Below are positions 40,118-51,832 of a DNA stretch of 64,000 nucleotides, piece after piece. Location of the stretch: positions 128,001 through 192,000 of the forward strand of contig CAXNJO010000004.1 of NCBI GenBank assembly GCA_964202905.1, read 5' to 3'. Made by a program: the position numbers and the translations under genes. The notes below the pieces were generated by a model. The model was not told the DNA's origin, did no database searches, and saw nothing but the letters and a program-made list of their open reading frames with translations. Numbering within the stretch: position 1 is the stretch's first letter; every line of letters starts with the position of its first letter. Source of the stretch: Polyangiales bacterium. Lineage in GTDB: Bacteria; Myxococcota_A; Polyangia; Polyangiales; JADJQN01.

Positions 40118-41086
40118 ATGGCGGACTTCGCACTCGTCGGCGCGGCAGGATTCGTGGCGTCGCGGCACATGCGCGCGATCGCGGAGACGGGTCACCAGCT
40201 CGTGGCCGCGCTCGATCCCAAGGACAGCGTCGGCATCCTCGATTCCTACTTCCCGGATGCCCACTTCTTCGTGGAGTTCGAGCGCTTCGATCGGCACATC
40301 GACAAACTCCGACGCCGTGGGACGCCCGTGTCCTACGTGAGCATTTGCTCACCCAACTACTTGCACGATTCGCACATCCGCTTCGGTCTCCGCAGCGACG
40401 CGCACGTCATCTGCGAGAAGCCGCTCGTCCTCAATCCGTGGAACGTCGACGGCCTCGAGGAGCTCGAGCGCGAGAGCGGGCGCCACGTCTACAACGTGCT
40501 GCAGCTTCGGCTCCATCCGGCCATCCGCGCGCTTCGCGACGCCTACGCCGCGCGCATCGCGGCGGATCCTTCCACGTGCGCCGACATCGAACTGACCTAC
40601 GTCACGAGCCGCGGTCGCTGGTACCATGCGTCCTGGAAGGGCGACGAGGAGAAGTCGGGCGGCATCGCCACCAACATCGGCGTGCATTTCTTCGACATGC
40701 TCCAGTGGATCTTCGGGCCCGTGAAAGAGAGCGCCCTGCACCTCGCGACGGGCGAGACGGCGGCCGGGCATCTCGAACTCGCGCACGCCCGCGTCCGCTG
40801 GCTGCTCAGCATCGACGCCCGTGTCCTGCCTGAGACGGCGCGCGCGGGCGGCAAGCGTACCCACCGTTCGGTCCGCGTCGACGGCGACGAGTTCGAGTTC
40901 AGCGACGGCTTCACCGATCTCCACACGGCGACCTACCGGGACATCCTCGCGGGCGGCGGCTTTCGCGTGGGCGAGGCCCGTCAGGCCATCCAGATGGTCC
41001 ACGACATCCGCCACGCGCGCGTAGATCGCGATCGCGGCGCGCTCCATTCCCTGCTGGCTCACCGCGATGCCATCCGCACCGCGTGA
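40118..41086 (+). CDS. wbpB: UDP-GlcNAcA 3-dehydrogenase (Gfo/Idh/MocA, WbpB/WlbA-like)
   Basis: GAAGFVASRH, ICSPNYLH, CEKP, VLQLRLHP, SWKGDEEKSGGIATNIGVHFFD, FSDGFTDLH. Confidence 0.9.
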   Translation: MADFALVGAAGFVASRHMRAIAETGHQLVAALDPKDSVGILDSYFPDAHFFVEFERFDRHIDKLRRRGTPVSYVSICSPNYLHDSHIRFGLRSDAHVICEKPLVLNPWNVDGLEELERESGRHVYNVLQLRLHPAIRALRDAYAARIAADPSTCADIELTYVTSRGRWYHASWKGDEEKSGGIATNIGVHFFDMLQWIFGPVKESALHLATGETAAGHLELAHARVRWLLSIDARVLPETARAGGKRTHRSVRVDGDEFEFSDGFTDLHTATYRDILAGGGFRVGEARQAIQMVHDIRHARVDRDRGALHSLLAHRDAIRTA

Positions 41087-41284
41087 ATACGGCGTCGCCG
41101 GGCCCGTCGTGACGCGGGGCACCGAGCCGACCCCGGCGCGAAATCCTGAGACGATCGCCCCCGGATCGTGGCCGCGCACGGCGCATGGCGAGGGCAGGTC
41201 CGGGACGTCGTCCGCCTGCGCTGGCCGGCCGTCTTTCAGACTCGGCGGGCGCTCGCGCGCCATCGTGACGCTCGCCTGGGGCGC

Positions 41285-42787
41285 ATGAAACTGCTCGGTG
41301 CGCTCACCTCGTCGGCCGTCTTCCACGTCGCGAGCATGGTCAACGGGCTCGCGACCGTGCCGCTCTTCTTGAGCGCATTCGGGCGCGAGAACTACGGATT
41401 CTGGGCGGCGCTGCTCGGCACGACTGCCTACCTGTCACTGCTCAACTTCGGCGTGGCGCAGACCGTCTCGAGCGGCGCATCGAGAGCCGCGCGTGACGAC
41501 GCGGCGGCGGTACCGCGTCTGATCGGATTCGGCTTTCGGTTCTACCTTCGGGTAGGCGTCGTCGCGCTGCCGACGGCGATCGTCGTGGGACTCGCGTGCC
41601 CGTGGGCGGCCTGGTTCGGACTCGATGCGAGCCGGGACGTCGAGAGCCGACTGACCGCCGCCGCCGTGTTTGGCAGCTTCATCGTGGAACTCCCCTTCTC
41701 CGTGCTGAGGGCCGCCCTGTACGGTGCGGGAGAGGTCACCCAGGAGCGGTTGCTCGGGGTCGGTGCGATCGTGCTGCGGGTGGCTGCCGCCGCGGTCTTC
41801 GCGGTGACACAACCGGCCCTCTGGCTGGGCGTTCTGGTGTTGTCCGCCATCAACCTCACGAGCGCGGTCGCGGCGTTCGCGCTCCTTCAGCGTCGATTTC
41901 CGGCGCTCTGGTCATCGTTGCGGGCACCTCGGAGCGCCGAGCAGGTCGTCGAGGCAGCCGCGATGCGACCGCAGAGCGTCAACTACTTCGTCCTGCAAAT
42001 CGCCGGGGCCATCGTCTGGTCCACCGATGCGCTCCTCACGGGGTTCATGCTCGGCGCGGGGGCAGCGGCGGAGGTGTCCGCGGCGTGGCGCGTCATCAGC
42101 ATCGTGTTGTCGCTCGGGGGGGTCGTCGTTCCTGCGGTCGCGCCCACGCTCGCGCGCGTGTGGGCGGAGGGCGACACGGCGCGTTCGGTGGCGCTCGCCA
42201 CGGACACCGCGCAGGTCGTGTTCGCGTTGCTCCTCGCCGGGACGCTCGGCGCCGCTGCGGCTGGCGAGGCAATCTTCGCGTTGTGGCTGGGCCCGGACAT
42301 GTTTGCGGGGCGAGGCGCGTGGCTCGCCTACTGCCTCATCGTCGTCGTGCAGGCGATGCTCGTCGTGCCCGAAGCGTTCGTAACGCAGACGGGGCGCCAT
42401 TCCGCCTACGCGCGGGCGACCCTCGTCGAAGCCGCGATCAAGCTGGCCCTCAGCCTCGCGCTGATGCGCGCGTTCGGCCTGATCGGGTTGCCGCTCGGGA
42501 CGCTCATCGGACGTTGCACGACGACGTTCTGGATCGTCTTGCGCTCCTTCGGCGAGGCCACGGGCCAATCGTGGGGACGCTGGCTCGCGCGGGTGATTCG
42601 GCCATCCGTGATTCCGGCCGTGGGGTTCGTGGTCGTCTTCGGCTGCGGACGCTGGGTCATCGGCGAAGGCAGCGCCTCGACGGTGTTCGCGCTGGGGACC
42701 GCGAGCGGAGTGGTCTACGTTGTCCTGTATGCCTTGACGGGACTGCCGGACGCGGTCCGCGCCAGGCTGATGAGGAGCCGAACATGA
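41285..42787 (+). CDS. wzx: Wzx-like polysaccharide flippase
   Basis: Polytopic membrane protein of about 500 aa, FGRENYGFW and LLNFGV MOP-family motifs. Confidence 0.8.
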   Translation: MKLLGALTSSAVFHVASMVNGLATVPLFLSAFGRENYGFWAALLGTTAYLSLLNFGVAQTVSSGASRAARDDAAAVPRLIGFGFRFYLRVGVVALPTAIVVGLACPWAAWFGLDASRDVESRLTAAAVFGSFIVELPFSVLRAALYGAGEVTQERLLGVGAIVLRVAAAAVFAVTQPALWLGVLVLSAINLTSAVAAFALLQRRFPALWSSLRAPRSAEQVVEAAAMRPQSVNYFVLQIAGAIVWSTDALLTGFMLGAGAAAEVSAAWRVISIVLSLGGVVVPAVAPTLARVWAEGDTARSVALATDTAQVVFALLLAGTLGAAAAGEAIFALWLGPDMFAGRGAWLAYCLIVVVQAMLVVPEAFVTQTGRHSAYARATLVEAAIKLALSLALMRAFGLIGLPLGTLIGRCTTTFWIVLRSFGEATGQSWGRWLARVIRPSVIPAVGFVVVFGCGRWVIGEGSASTVFALGTASGVVYVVLYALTGLPDAVRARLMRSRT

Positions 42788-43743
42788 CCTCGATTCCCAT
42801 GCTCGCGCCGCTCGATCCGCGGGTTCCGCGGTGGGACGCCAACGCCCTCGAACCCCGCCGCTGCCCGCTCTGCTCCGGGGCGGGAACACCCCGGTTCCGT
42901 CGCCCCGACGCCCTCGTCGTCCGCTCGTGCGTGTGTGGAACGTGGTTCGTCTCTCCGGCGCCGAGCCCCGCGGCGCTCGACGCGTTCTACCGCACGTACA
43001 CCGCTGTTCACCGCGCCGGCTCGGTGGAGCGCCAGCGCGAGGCCATCCGGGCACACCGTCCTGAGGATTCGCTGCTCCTGACCGAGCTCGGGAGCGTCGG
43101 TCCGCTGGCGGGCAAGCGCGTCCTCGACGTCGGCTGTGGACTCGGCGTGTTCCTTCACCTCCTCGACCGCGTCGGTGCGGAGCCCTACGGCGTCGACCTC
43201 GATCCGGGAAGCGTCGCCTTCGCGACGACGCACCTCGGCCTGTCTCGGGTGCAACTCGGGACGATCGTCGACGTCGGGGCGCGGGCGTTCGACATCCTCA
43301 CGATGCTCGACTTCATCGAACATCCCCTCGACGTCGGGACGACCCTCGAGCGCGCCCACGCGCTGCTCGCGCCGGGCGGGATCCTCGCCCTTTGGACGCC
43401 CAACGCGACGGGATTCGATCGTGATCCCAACCCCGTCGCGCTCCGCATGGACCTCGAACACATGCAGTACTTCTCGTGCGCGAGCATCGCCGAGATCGGA
43501 CGGCGGTTCGACTTCACGACAGTTCACCTCGAGACCCTCGGGAGCGCGGCGCCCGTCGCCGGGCGCTCAGTCGGCCACGCACCACTCGTCCAACGCACGC
43601 TCGAGAGCGCGAAGCGGACCGCCCGCGCCCTGGAGCGACGCGCCGGCCTGGCCGGATTGCGGGGCAGGTGGATGAAGAAGGCGGAGCGCTGGACGGAGCG
43701 GCGTGGCGATTACCACTTGATGGCGCTTCTCCAGAAACGCTGA
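42784..43743 (+). CDS. SAM-dependent methyltransferase with N-terminal Zn-finger-like motif
   Basis: CPLC...CVCG, VLDVGCGLG, DFIEHP, LAPGG; ATGA coupling to wzx. Confidence 0.88.
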   Translation: MTSIPMLAPLDPRVPRWDANALEPRRCPLCSGAGTPRFRRPDALVVRSCVCGTWFVSPAPSPAALDAFYRTYTAVHRAGSVERQREAIRAHRPEDSLLLTELGSVGPLAGKRVLDVGCGLGVFLHLLDRVGAEPYGVDLDPGSVAFATTHLGLSRVQLGTIVDVGARAFDILTMLDFIEHPLDVGTTLERAHALLAPGGILALWTPNATGFDRDPNPVALRMDLEHMQYFSCASIAEIGRRFDFTTVHLETLGSAAPVAGRSVGHAPLVQRTLESAKRTARALERRAGLAGLRGRWMKKAERWTERRGDYHLMALLQKR

Positions 43744-43854
43744 ACAACGCGCGTCCGCGCGCCCATCGTCCGCCGGGGCGCACTGCACGACGGAAACGAC
43801 GCGGGCGCTGCCGCGCTCCGAGGAGCGAAGCAGCGCCCGACGAACGATCGAGCC

Positions 43855-45889
43855 TCAGTTTCGAACGAAGTAGACGTCGGTGTTCCCGGTGTCGAAGGCA
43901 GTCGTGCCATCGATGCTGAGCACCGAGGAGGTCGTCTCGAAGGTGGTCCACTCGCCATTGCGGCTGATGGAAACGACCGGTGAGAGTGGCGTCACGGACG
44001 TGATGCCCACGGCCGACGCGCCCTCGCCATTGCGCGACATGAGTCGGGTCGTCCCCGTGCAGCGGTCCCGCATGTAGCTGGCCTCGCCGACGGTCGTACC
44101 GTCGAACGCGCCGTTCGACCGGAACACGGTACGACAGCCGTTCGACGACACCCTCGCGACCGTGCTCAGCGAACCCCCCGTCTGCGCGCCCGCGGAGTTC
44201 ACGGAGAGGATCGACATGGTCCCGGGCGTCGACAGGCCACCGACGATGGCGCCCGAGGGAACGAACTGGAACACGTCGGTCGACGCGTTCGTGTCCGCGA
44301 TGCCCTGCGAGCAGGTCGAGTGGAACACGACCGTCGTTCCGTCGCCGGAGATCGACGGGCTGAGAGGCTCCAAGCAATTCGTCGTGATGCGGGTCGTCGT
44401 GCTGGCGGACACCACACGGAGGAACACGTCGCGCGATCCGGGGGGTGTCCCCGCTCGCGAGGTTGACCGTGTTGGAGTCGAACACGACGCGGTTTCCATC
44501 GTCGCTGATGGACGCGCGCAGGGAGACGTTCCGATTGCTGCTCTCGGGGGGAGCCACTCCGGCTCCACCCATCAGCGTGCTGCCCGTCGCGCCGTTCGCC
44601 ACCGAGATGCTCGTGGTGGTCCCGGCAGACCGGTCCTTGCGGTACACCTGCGCGCGGCCGTTGATGCAACCCGCCGTGATGTTCGCCGCGCTCGGTGCGG
44701 TTGTGCTCTGACCGCACAGGCGCGCGCACGTCGAGTCGAAGGCGACGAAGCGGCCGTTCGCGCTGATCGAGGGGCGGAATGCACCGACCCCCTGGAGCGG
44801 GGCCGCGGTCGGCGAAGTGGGCGCGCAGAATGCCGGGATGGTGCCCGAGGTCGTGGTGCTCACGCCGGTCGTCGTCCCCGCCGTGATGTCGCGCGCGAAG
44901 ATGTCGGACGCTGCGTTCGCGTCCGACGGGACCATGTCGGTCGCCGTGGACGCGAAGACCACGATGTTCCCGTCGCTGCTGAGGCAGGGGGTCGTCGCGT
45001 CGCCGGTCGTCGTGATGGCACCGGTGCTGCGGAAGCTGACGAGGACGAGGCCGCCGGTGGTCGTGTCGTACCGGTAGACGTCGCTTCGGCTGTTCGTATC
45101 CGTCGAGACGAGCGGAAGGGAGGTCGAGAACACCGAGAAGCGTCCGTCATCCGTGATGCAGCCAACGCGCGCGTCGCCCGCCTGCTTGCGCCCCTGCTCG
45201 TCGAGCGACGCGATGGACGGCGCGTTCGGGCCGCCCGCCGTCTGGACCGTCGCGAAGACCTTACCCTTGAACGTGAAGCTCGTCGACGTCGGCTGGCGGA
45301 AGCGCCAGCGGCGCTGCGTCACGAAGCGGGTGAAGCCAGCGGCGTTCGGCTCGAGGGTCCCGTACCGCCAGAGGCCGCGCGTCGCGTCGAGCCCGAGCGT
45401 CGTGCTCGTGGCGCCTCCGTAGCCCTCGAACCCTGCGGTGATTTCCGTGATCTGCGAGTAGGCGTTGCTCAGGTGCCGGGTCGCGAAGAAGTGGCGCAGG
45501 TCCACGTCTCCGAAGAAGCAGTTGGGTGCCCCACCGGGGATGGCGCCGCACTCGGCGCTGCCCGCAGCGCGCGTGCCGGAGGCGACGGTGATCAGCTCCG
45601 CGGTGTCCGCGGGGCCGCTGCCGGTCATGCCGTCCTTGACCACCGTCACCTCGGTCAGCGGATCGCGCGCGCCGGCGATCTCACTCGCGCCGCGGAGGGC
45701 GCCGTCGTCCAAGAAGCGCAGCGTCATCGTCCCGGACGCGACGTCCACGGTGCCCTCGAAGTCGAGGACGACCGTGTCCGGGTCCGCCTCGAGGCTCCAC
45801 GTGGACTCCGGTCCCCCTTCGCTCGCGCAACCCGAGGCGGCGCAGGTCAGCGCGGCGACAACAGCGAAAATGGACGATATTCGACGCAT
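43855..45889 (-). pseudogene. Thr/Ser-rich PD40/TolB-like beta-propeller lipoprotein, frameshifted (real or assembly error)
   Basis: Lipobox ASGC; repeats ISANGRFVAF, ISDDGNRVVF, DTNSRSDVY; frame switches at G6 run 44440-44445, and removing one base restores SGDTPGSRDVFLR. Confidence 0.75.
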
Positions 45890-45941
45890 GATCACGAACC
45901 TCCAGGGCGACGCTCGGCGAGGAGCGCGCGTAAGTTTCAGG

Positions 45942-45970
45942 AGTATACGGGCCGGTCTCGCGTTCACCAA
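45942..45970 (-). promoter_or_regulatory. Possible sigma70 promoter for the propeller gene
   Basis: TTGGTG-N17-TATACT on the minus strand. Confidence 0.45.
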
Positions 45971-46064
45971 GGGGGTCGGTTGCAAATTCGCGGCGCACCG
46001 TTCATCGGATGTGTCGTTGCCGCGTCGTGGAGGAGCGCAGCCGGCGTGCTAGCGTCCCGCAGAC

Positions 46065-47207
46065 ATGGTTCCCCCCGCACGGCGCCTCGTCTACCTCGCG
46101 CCGGGGCTCTTCGACTTCGGCGGCATCGCGCGCTACGGCCGCTACCAGCTGCGAGCCCTTCGAAGCGTCGGCGGCGACCGCGTGCGTGCCGCGTCGCTGC
46201 TCGGACCGAGCGCGGACGCCTCGTTCGCGGAAGCCGTCGAGGTCGATTACATCGCCGGAGGGAACGGCCGTCGTCATAAGGCCGCGTTCACGGCGCGCGC
46301 AGCCGCCTGGGCCCGGCCGGGCGCGCTCGTGTGGTGCGGGCACCTGCACTTCGCCCCGCTCGGACTCGGTCTGGCCGCCGCGGTCGGCGGCACGTGCGTC
46401 GTCAACGTGTACGGACTCGAAGTGTGGTCCGCCCGTCGCCGAGCCGCCCTCGCGGCCCTCGGGCATGTCGAGGTCGTGTCCGATTGCCACGCCACGGCCG
46501 ACCACCTCGTCTCGAACGGGATCGTCCGCCCGGACCGCATCCGCGTCATCTGGGACCCGGTTGACGTCCGCTTTTCCCCCGGCTCCGTCGACCCCGCGAT
46601 CGAGGCCCGCTACGGCCTCACCCCGACGTCCTTCCGCGTCATGTTCCTCGGGCGCCTCTCGGCCGGAGCGGCGCACAAGAGCCCGGATGCGTTGATCCGG
46701 GCGTTCGCGGCCGCAAGGCTCCCAGCGGACGCCCAGCTGGTGATCGCCGGGGCAGGGGATCGGCGACCGGCACTCGAGGCGCTCGCGGCGGAGCGGGGAT
46801 GCGCGGGTCGGGTCGTCTTTGCCGGACGCGTCGCGGACGAGGACCTGCCGGGTCTTTACCGATCGGCGTCGTTGTTCGTGCTCGTCAGCCGGAAATACGA
46901 TGGAGGCGGGGAGGGCCTGCCGCTCACCCCGATCGAGGCCGCGGCGTGCGGCGTGCCGATCGTCGTGGGCGACGAGGATGGCTCGCGCGAAGCCGTGCGG
47001 GACGGCGAGACCGGTTTCCTCGTGCGTTCCCGCGAGGACGCCGCGCTCGTGCGGGTGCTGGAAGACGCGGCCGCCGATCCGAACAGACTTCGCGGCCTCG
47101 GGGCCGCCGCTGCGCGCGACGCACACGAGCGTTTCTCCTACGCGCGCTTCGAGCGTCAGCACCGCGCGCTGATCGAGGCGATTGACGCCGGGAATGTCGG
47201 GCGATGA
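46065..47207 (+). CDS. Glycosyltransferase family 4
   Basis: GGIARY, FLGRL, EGLPLTPIEAAACGVP, DGETG. Confidence 0.9.
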   Translation: MVPPARRLVYLAPGLFDFGGIARYGRYQLRALRSVGGDRVRAASLLGPSADASFAEAVEVDYIAGGNGRRHKAAFTARAAAWARPGALVWCGHLHFAPLGLGLAAAVGGTCVVNVYGLEVWSARRRAALAALGHVEVVSDCHATADHLVSNGIVRPDRIRVIWDPVDVRFSPGSVDPAIEARYGLTPTSFRVMFLGRLSAGAAHKSPDALIRAFAAARLPADAQLVIAGAGDRRPALEALAAERGCAGRVVFAGRVADEDLPGLYRSASLFVLVSRKYDGGGEGLPLTPIEAAACGVPIVVGDEDGSREAVRDGETGFLVRSREDAALVRVLEDAAADPNRLRGLGAAAARDAHERFSYARFERQHRALIEAIDAGNVGR

Positions 47208-48016
47208 CGCGTGGCTTCGTCCTCGCGAAGAGCCGGGCCCGAGGTTGGTTCTCCAACCAGGCCGGCTTCCGGCTGCTCGACGCCCGTCACGACGACGCGT
47301 TCTTGGTCTCGTACCCGCGCTCCGGTAGCACCTGGCTGCGCACGGTGCTGAGCAACCTCCTCGTCCCGTGGGGCCGCGCGAACCCGGACGTCTTCAACGC
47401 GCTCATCCCCGGCGTCACCCTGCGTGGCGCCCTCCGTGCGCGCGCCCTGCAATCCCCGCGCATCATCTCGTCGCATGCGCCCCACCAACCGGGACTTCCG
47501 CGGGCGGTGTACCTGGTCAGAGATGGACGAGATGCGCTGGTCTCCTACCACCTCTACCAGAAGAGCCGCGGCGGTCCGGGTGGGACCGTCCCGTTCGCGA
47601 CGTTCCTCGACGAGCACCTCGAGGGACTGCACGGCCCACCCTGGCATGCGCACGTGGAGAGTTGGCTTCGGGCAGGACGGGCCGAGTTGGGAGACCGTCT
47701 CTGCGTCATCCGCTACGAGGATCTGCTGACCGATCCGCTCCGCGGGATGCGTGGCGTGGTCGAGTTTCTGGGGCTCTCTGCGACGGACGAAGGGCTCGCT
47801 GCGGCGATCGAGGGGGCGTCGCTCGAGACGATGAGGGCCGTGGAGGCGCGGCGGTTGGGCGGGGTCGTCTCCGGCGACAGGTCCTTCTACCGGAGCGGCG
47901 AGGCGTTGCTCGGGGCCGGATGGTTCGACGACGCGATGTACGATCGCTTCGCCGAGGTCGGAGGCGTGGCCCTGAGCCTCTGCGGGTACCCGCTCCGCCC
48001 CGAACATCGACCGTGA
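47204..48016 (+). CDS. PAPS-dependent sulfotransferase
   Basis: SYPRSGSTW, YLVRDGRDALVS, WHAHVESW, RYEDL, FYRSG. Confidence 0.9.
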   Translation: MTRGFVLAKSRARGWFSNQAGFRLLDARHDDAFLVSYPRSGSTWLRTVLSNLLVPWGRANPDVFNALIPGVTLRGALRARALQSPRIISSHAPHQPGLPRAVYLVRDGRDALVSYHLYQKSRGGPGGTVPFATFLDEHLEGLHGPPWHAHVESWLRAGRAELGDRLCVIRYEDLLTDPLRGMRGVVEFLGLSATDEGLAAAIEGASLETMRAVEARRLGGVVSGDRSFYRSGEALLGAGWFDDAMYDRFAEVGGVALSLCGYPLRPEHRP

Positions 48017-49167
48017 ATGCGCGCGCCACGCGTGGTAACGAATGCGCGATGCCGGTGCCGCTCCGCTACCCCGTGCTCGAGCCCGATCTCGGTCCGCTCG
48101 AGGAACGTTACGTCACCGAGGCGATTCGCTCCGGCTGGGTGTCTTCGATCGGGCCCTTCGTCGAGCGGTTCGAGGCGCAGTTCGCCGAGCGCTGCGGCGT
48201 CGCGCACTGCATCGGCGTCGCCAATGGCACCGTGGCGCTCCATCTGGCGCTCGTCGCGCGCGGGATCGGCCCCGGCGATGAGGTCATCGTCCCCGATCTG
48301 ACTTTCGCCGCCACCGCCGCGGCGGTGGTGCACGCGGGCGCGACGCCGGTGCTCGTCGATGCTGCGCGGGATGAGTGGAACCTCGACGTCGACCTGCTCG
48401 AGCGTGCGCGCAGCCCGCGCACCAAGGCGATCATCCCAGTCCACCTCTATGGATGCCCCGTCGACGTGTTGCGTGTCCGGGAGATCCTCGGGCCGGATGT
48501 CTTCGTGCTGGAGGACGCCGCCGAAGCCCACGGAGCGAGGGTCCGCGGGACGACGGTGGGCGGGATCGGCGACGCGGCGTGCTTCAGCTTTTATGGCAAC
48601 AAGCTTGTCACGATGGGTGAGGGGGGCTGCATCACGACGAACGACACGGCCTTCGCCCAGCGCGCCCGCTTCCTGAAGGACCACGCGATGAGCCCGGTGC
48701 GGCGTTATTTCCACACCGATGCCGGCTTCAACTACCGATTGACCAACCTCCAAGCAGCGCTCGGGTGCGCACAGCTCGAGCGTCTCGAAGAGACCCTCGA
48801 GCGACGCGCCACCTTGCTCGGCTGGTATCGCGAAGAGCTCTCGGACACGTCGATCACGCTGAACCCGTCACCGCCGGATACCGACCCCGTGTGCTGGGTC
48901 GTGGCCGCGCTCTTGCCGCCGGGCACGGACGGCGACGAACGCGACCGGGTCGCCTCGGCGCTGCGCGCGCGCGGGATCGACTCGAGGCCGTTCTTCGTTC
49001 CCATGCATGCGCTGCCGCCGTACGCGGGTTGCCGCCTCGTCACACGGGACTCGGGTATGTCGGTCGCCGAGGAGCTTGGCGGTCGGGGGCTCGGCCTCCC
49101 GACGTCGGCGCGGCTCTCTCGGTCCGACGTCGCCGAGATCTGCGCCGCCCTCCGCGCGGTGGTCTGA
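48013..49167 (+). CDS. DegT-family aminotransferase, perosamine synthase (Per/RfbE)-like
   Basis: SGWVSSIGPFV, NGTVALHLAL, EDAAEAHG, FSFYGNKLVTMGEGG, GFNYRLTNLQAA; start 48013 or 48049. Confidence 0.85.
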   Translation: MNARATRGNECAMPVPLRYPVLEPDLGPLEERYVTEAIRSGWVSSIGPFVERFEAQFAERCGVAHCIGVANGTVALHLALVARGIGPGDEVIVPDLTFAATAAAVVHAGATPVLVDAARDEWNLDVDLLERARSPRTKAIIPVHLYGCPVDVLRVREILGPDVFVLEDAAEAHGARVRGTTVGGIGDAACFSFYGNKLVTMGEGGCITTNDTAFAQRARFLKDHAMSPVRRYFHTDAGFNYRLTNLQAALGCAQLERLEETLERRATLLGWYREELSDTSITLNPSPPDTDPVCWVVAALLPPGTDGDERDRVASALRARGIDSRPFFVPMHALPPYAGCRLVTRDSGMSVAEELGGRGLGLPTSARLSRSDVAEICAALRAVV

Positions 49168-49172
49168 GCACC

Positions 49173-50714
49173 GTGTCCGGCCTCGCGCTGCCGCACGCTC
49201 CCATCCCGCGGCCACCGTCCGGCAACACGCGGACCGCGGACGCCCAGCAGCAGCTTGCCCGGCAACATGCGGTCGCGGGGCGCGTGATCCGCATCGGCGT
49301 CTTCGCGCTCGGGTCGATCGGGTTCCTGCTCATGCACGTGATCTTCGGGCACGAGGACTTCGACCTGCAGGCGCGGATCTGGGCGGCGGTCGCCGGGATC
49401 GTCGCGCTCGGAACCGTCCTGAACGCACGCCGACGCACGCTCCCTTTCGGTGCCTACGCGACCACCCTGCTCTACGTCGCGTTTGGTCTCGGCACGTTCA
49501 ACGACTCCGACTTCCACGGTGCGCTCGGGTCGATTCCGCTTCGACAGGAGAGCTTCACGCTGGCGGCGTTCGCGGCTGCCCTGATGAGCGTCACGGTGCT
49601 CGCAGGCATCCCTCTGGGGCGCCGACTCGGTCGCCGGGTCGCACCGGTGGTCGGCGCGATCTCGCCCGACGCGACCGGTCCCGGCTTCGTCACGGCGGCC
49701 TATCTCACCGCCTCGCTCGTGCTGCTCATCAACGCGACCCTCAGCCTCCGCTCAGGGTTCATCCCCGCGGCGCTCGCATTTCCGGCTCACATCGCGTCAC
49801 GCCCGGCGCTCGCACAAGGGATCTTGCTCGTCGCGGCCCTCCGCTCCGGGGATCCCCGTCCGCGCGCATTCGCGCTGGCCGGAACCGTCATCATCTCGCT
49901 GATTGGAATCTCGACGGGAAGCCTGACGCCGGGCCTCATCCCCTGGATCAGCTTCGCCGTGCTGGCATGGGTCGTGGACGGCAAGCTTCCGTGGCGGGGG
50001 AGCCTCGTGGTGCTTGGACTCTTGCTCGTCCTCAATCCCGCGAAGGCCGCCTTTCGAGAGGTCGTTTGGTTCGGCAGTGGTTCGAGCGACATCGGGCTGC
50101 TGGGCCGCGTGCAGGTCTGGCAGGACGCCGTCGTCCGGACCTGGACGGGCAACAACGTAGAGGCGTCGAAGAACCTCGATGCCACGGCCGATCGCGTCAG
50201 TCTCCTCGCCTATGCCGCGCAGAGCATGGAGTGGGTTCCGACCCCGGTTGCCGAGTCTGGTTTCGAGCGCTGGCTCGCGATCCCGAGCGCCTTCGTTCCG
50301 CGCCTCCTCTGGTCGGACAAGCCAGACCTGACCCTCGAGAACAACGTCGCCTATACCCGCGCGTTCGGTCTGCAGACGACGGAGGGGGCCCGGCAGACCA
50401 CCATCGCGTTTCCCATCATCGCCGATGGTTACTGGGCCGCTCGCTTCCCCGGGGTCGTCCTCGCTGGATTCTTCCTTGGGCTCTTCTACGGGTTCGTCGA
50501 AGGGGCGCTTCGCAGGGAACGATGGGCGACGATGGTCGTCGGCGTGACACTGCTTGCCTCGATCACGCCGACCACTCACCTCGGTTCCAGCCTGACGGGA
50601 TTTCCGCAGGCACTCCTCGGCTCCCTCAGCGTCATGTGGTTTGCGGCGCTCGTGTCGCGATTCCTCGGTGCGCGCGCGCCCGGTACCCGGTCCGGGCGAG
50701 GCGCACAGGCTTGA
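49173..50714 (+). CDS. Wzy-like polysaccharide polymerase (polytopic membrane protein)
   Basis: About 11 TM helices, large periplasmic loop with [11 protein letters not shown]; locus context. Confidence 0.65.
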   Translation: MSGLALPHAPIPRPPSGNTRTADAQQQLARQHAVAGRVIRIGVFALGSIGFLLMHVIFGHEDFDLQARIWAAVAGIVALGTVLNARRRTLPFGAYATTLLYVAFGLGTFNDSDFHGALGSIPLRQESFTLAAFAAALMSVTVLAGIPLGRRLGRRVAPVVGAISPDATGPGFVTAAYLTASLVLLINATLSLRSGFIPAALAFPAHIASRPALAQGILLVAALRSGDPRPRAFALAGTVIISLIGISTGSLTPGLIPWISFAVLAWVVDGKLPWRGSLVVLGLLLVLNPAKAAFREVVWFGSGSSDIGLLGRVQVWQDAVVRTWTGNNVEASKNLDATADRVSLLAYAAQSMEWVPTPVAESGFERWLAIPSAFVPRLLWSDKPDLTLENNVAYTRAFGLQTTEGARQTTIAFPIIADGYWAARFPGVVLAGFFLGLFYGFVEGALRRERWATMVVGVTLLASITPTTHLGSSLTGFPQALLGSLSVMWFAALVSRFLGARAPGTRSGRGAQA

Positions 50715-50805
50715 GTCTGGCGATCGGGGAGGCCGTGCGCTGCGATGGGGCACGAACCGACGCGCCAAGAACGGAACACCGCCCGCCATGCTAGAAGGAC
50801 GCCCG

Positions 50806-51825
50806 ATGACCGCGCTCGCCACCTCGCCCAAGAAGGCCCTCATCACCGGGATCACCGGGCAGGACGGGAGCTACCTGACGGAGCTCCTCCTCGAGAAGGG
50901 CTATGAAGTTCACGGGATCGTGCGGCGCTCGTCGAGCTTCAACACCGACCGAATCGAACACCTCTACCGGGATCCGCACGACGCGGGGGCGCGGCTCTTT
51001 CTTCACTACGGCGACCTGAGCGACGCCTCGTCGCTCAACCGCATCATCGAGAAGGTCGCACCCGACGAGGTCTACAACCTCGGTGCGCAAAGCCACGTTC
51101 GGGTGAGCTTCGATGTGCCCGAGTACACGAGCGACGTCACGGGGTTGGGCACCGTGCGCCTCCTCGAGGCGATCCGCGAAGTGGGGATCAAACCGCGTTT
51201 CTATCAGGCCTCGTCGTCGGAACTGTACGGCAAGGTGGTCGAGACTCCGCAGCGCGAGTCGACGCCGTTTCACCCGCGCAGTCCGTACGCGGCCGCCAAA
51301 GCGTACGCGTTCTACATCACGCAGAACTACCGAGAGGCCTATGGCCTCTTCGCGTGCAACGGCATCCTCTTCAACCACGAGAGTCCGCGGCGCGGCGAGA
51401 CCTTCGTGACCCGCAAGATCACGCGCGCGCTCGGTCGTATCAAGTACGGTTTGCAGGAGAAGCTGTATCTCGGGAACCTCGACGCGAAGCGCGACTGGGG
51501 GTTCGCGGGCGACTACGTCGAGGCGATGTGGCGCATGTTGCAGGCGTCGCGTGCCGACGACTACGTCGTCGCGACGAACGAGACGCACTCGGTGCGCGAG
51601 TTCCTCGAGCTCGCCGCGCAGCACCTCGGCGTCGATCTCGACGGGCGCATCGAGGTGGATCCGCGCTATTTCCGGCCTGCCGAGGTCGACTTGCTGCTCG
51701 GCGACGCGAGCAAAGCGCGCACCGAGTTGGGTTGGAGCCCCCGCGTGAGTTTCGAGGAACTCGTGCGGATGATGGCCGACGCCGACGCCGAACTCGCGCG
51801 CCGCGAGCTGCGCGCGCGGGGCTAG
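50806..51825 (+). CDS. gmd: GDP-mannose 4,6-dehydratase
   Basis: [56 protein letters not shown]. Confidence 0.97.
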   Translation: MTALATSPKKALITGITGQDGSYLTELLLEKGYEVHGIVRRSSSFNTDRIEHLYRDPHDAGARLFLHYGDLSDASSLNRIIEKVAPDEVYNLGAQSHVRVSFDVPEYTSDVTGLGTVRLLEAIREVGIKPRFYQASSSELYGKVVETPQRESTPFHPRSPYAAAKAYAFYITQNYREAYGLFACNGILFNHESPRRGETFVTRKITRALGRIKYGLQEKLYLGNLDAKRDWGFAGDYVEAMWRMLQASRADDYVVATNETHSVREFLELAAQHLGVDLDGRIEVDPRYFRPAEVDLLLGDASKARTELGWSPRVSFEELVRMMADADAELARRELRARG

Positions 51826-51832
51826 CGCGCAC

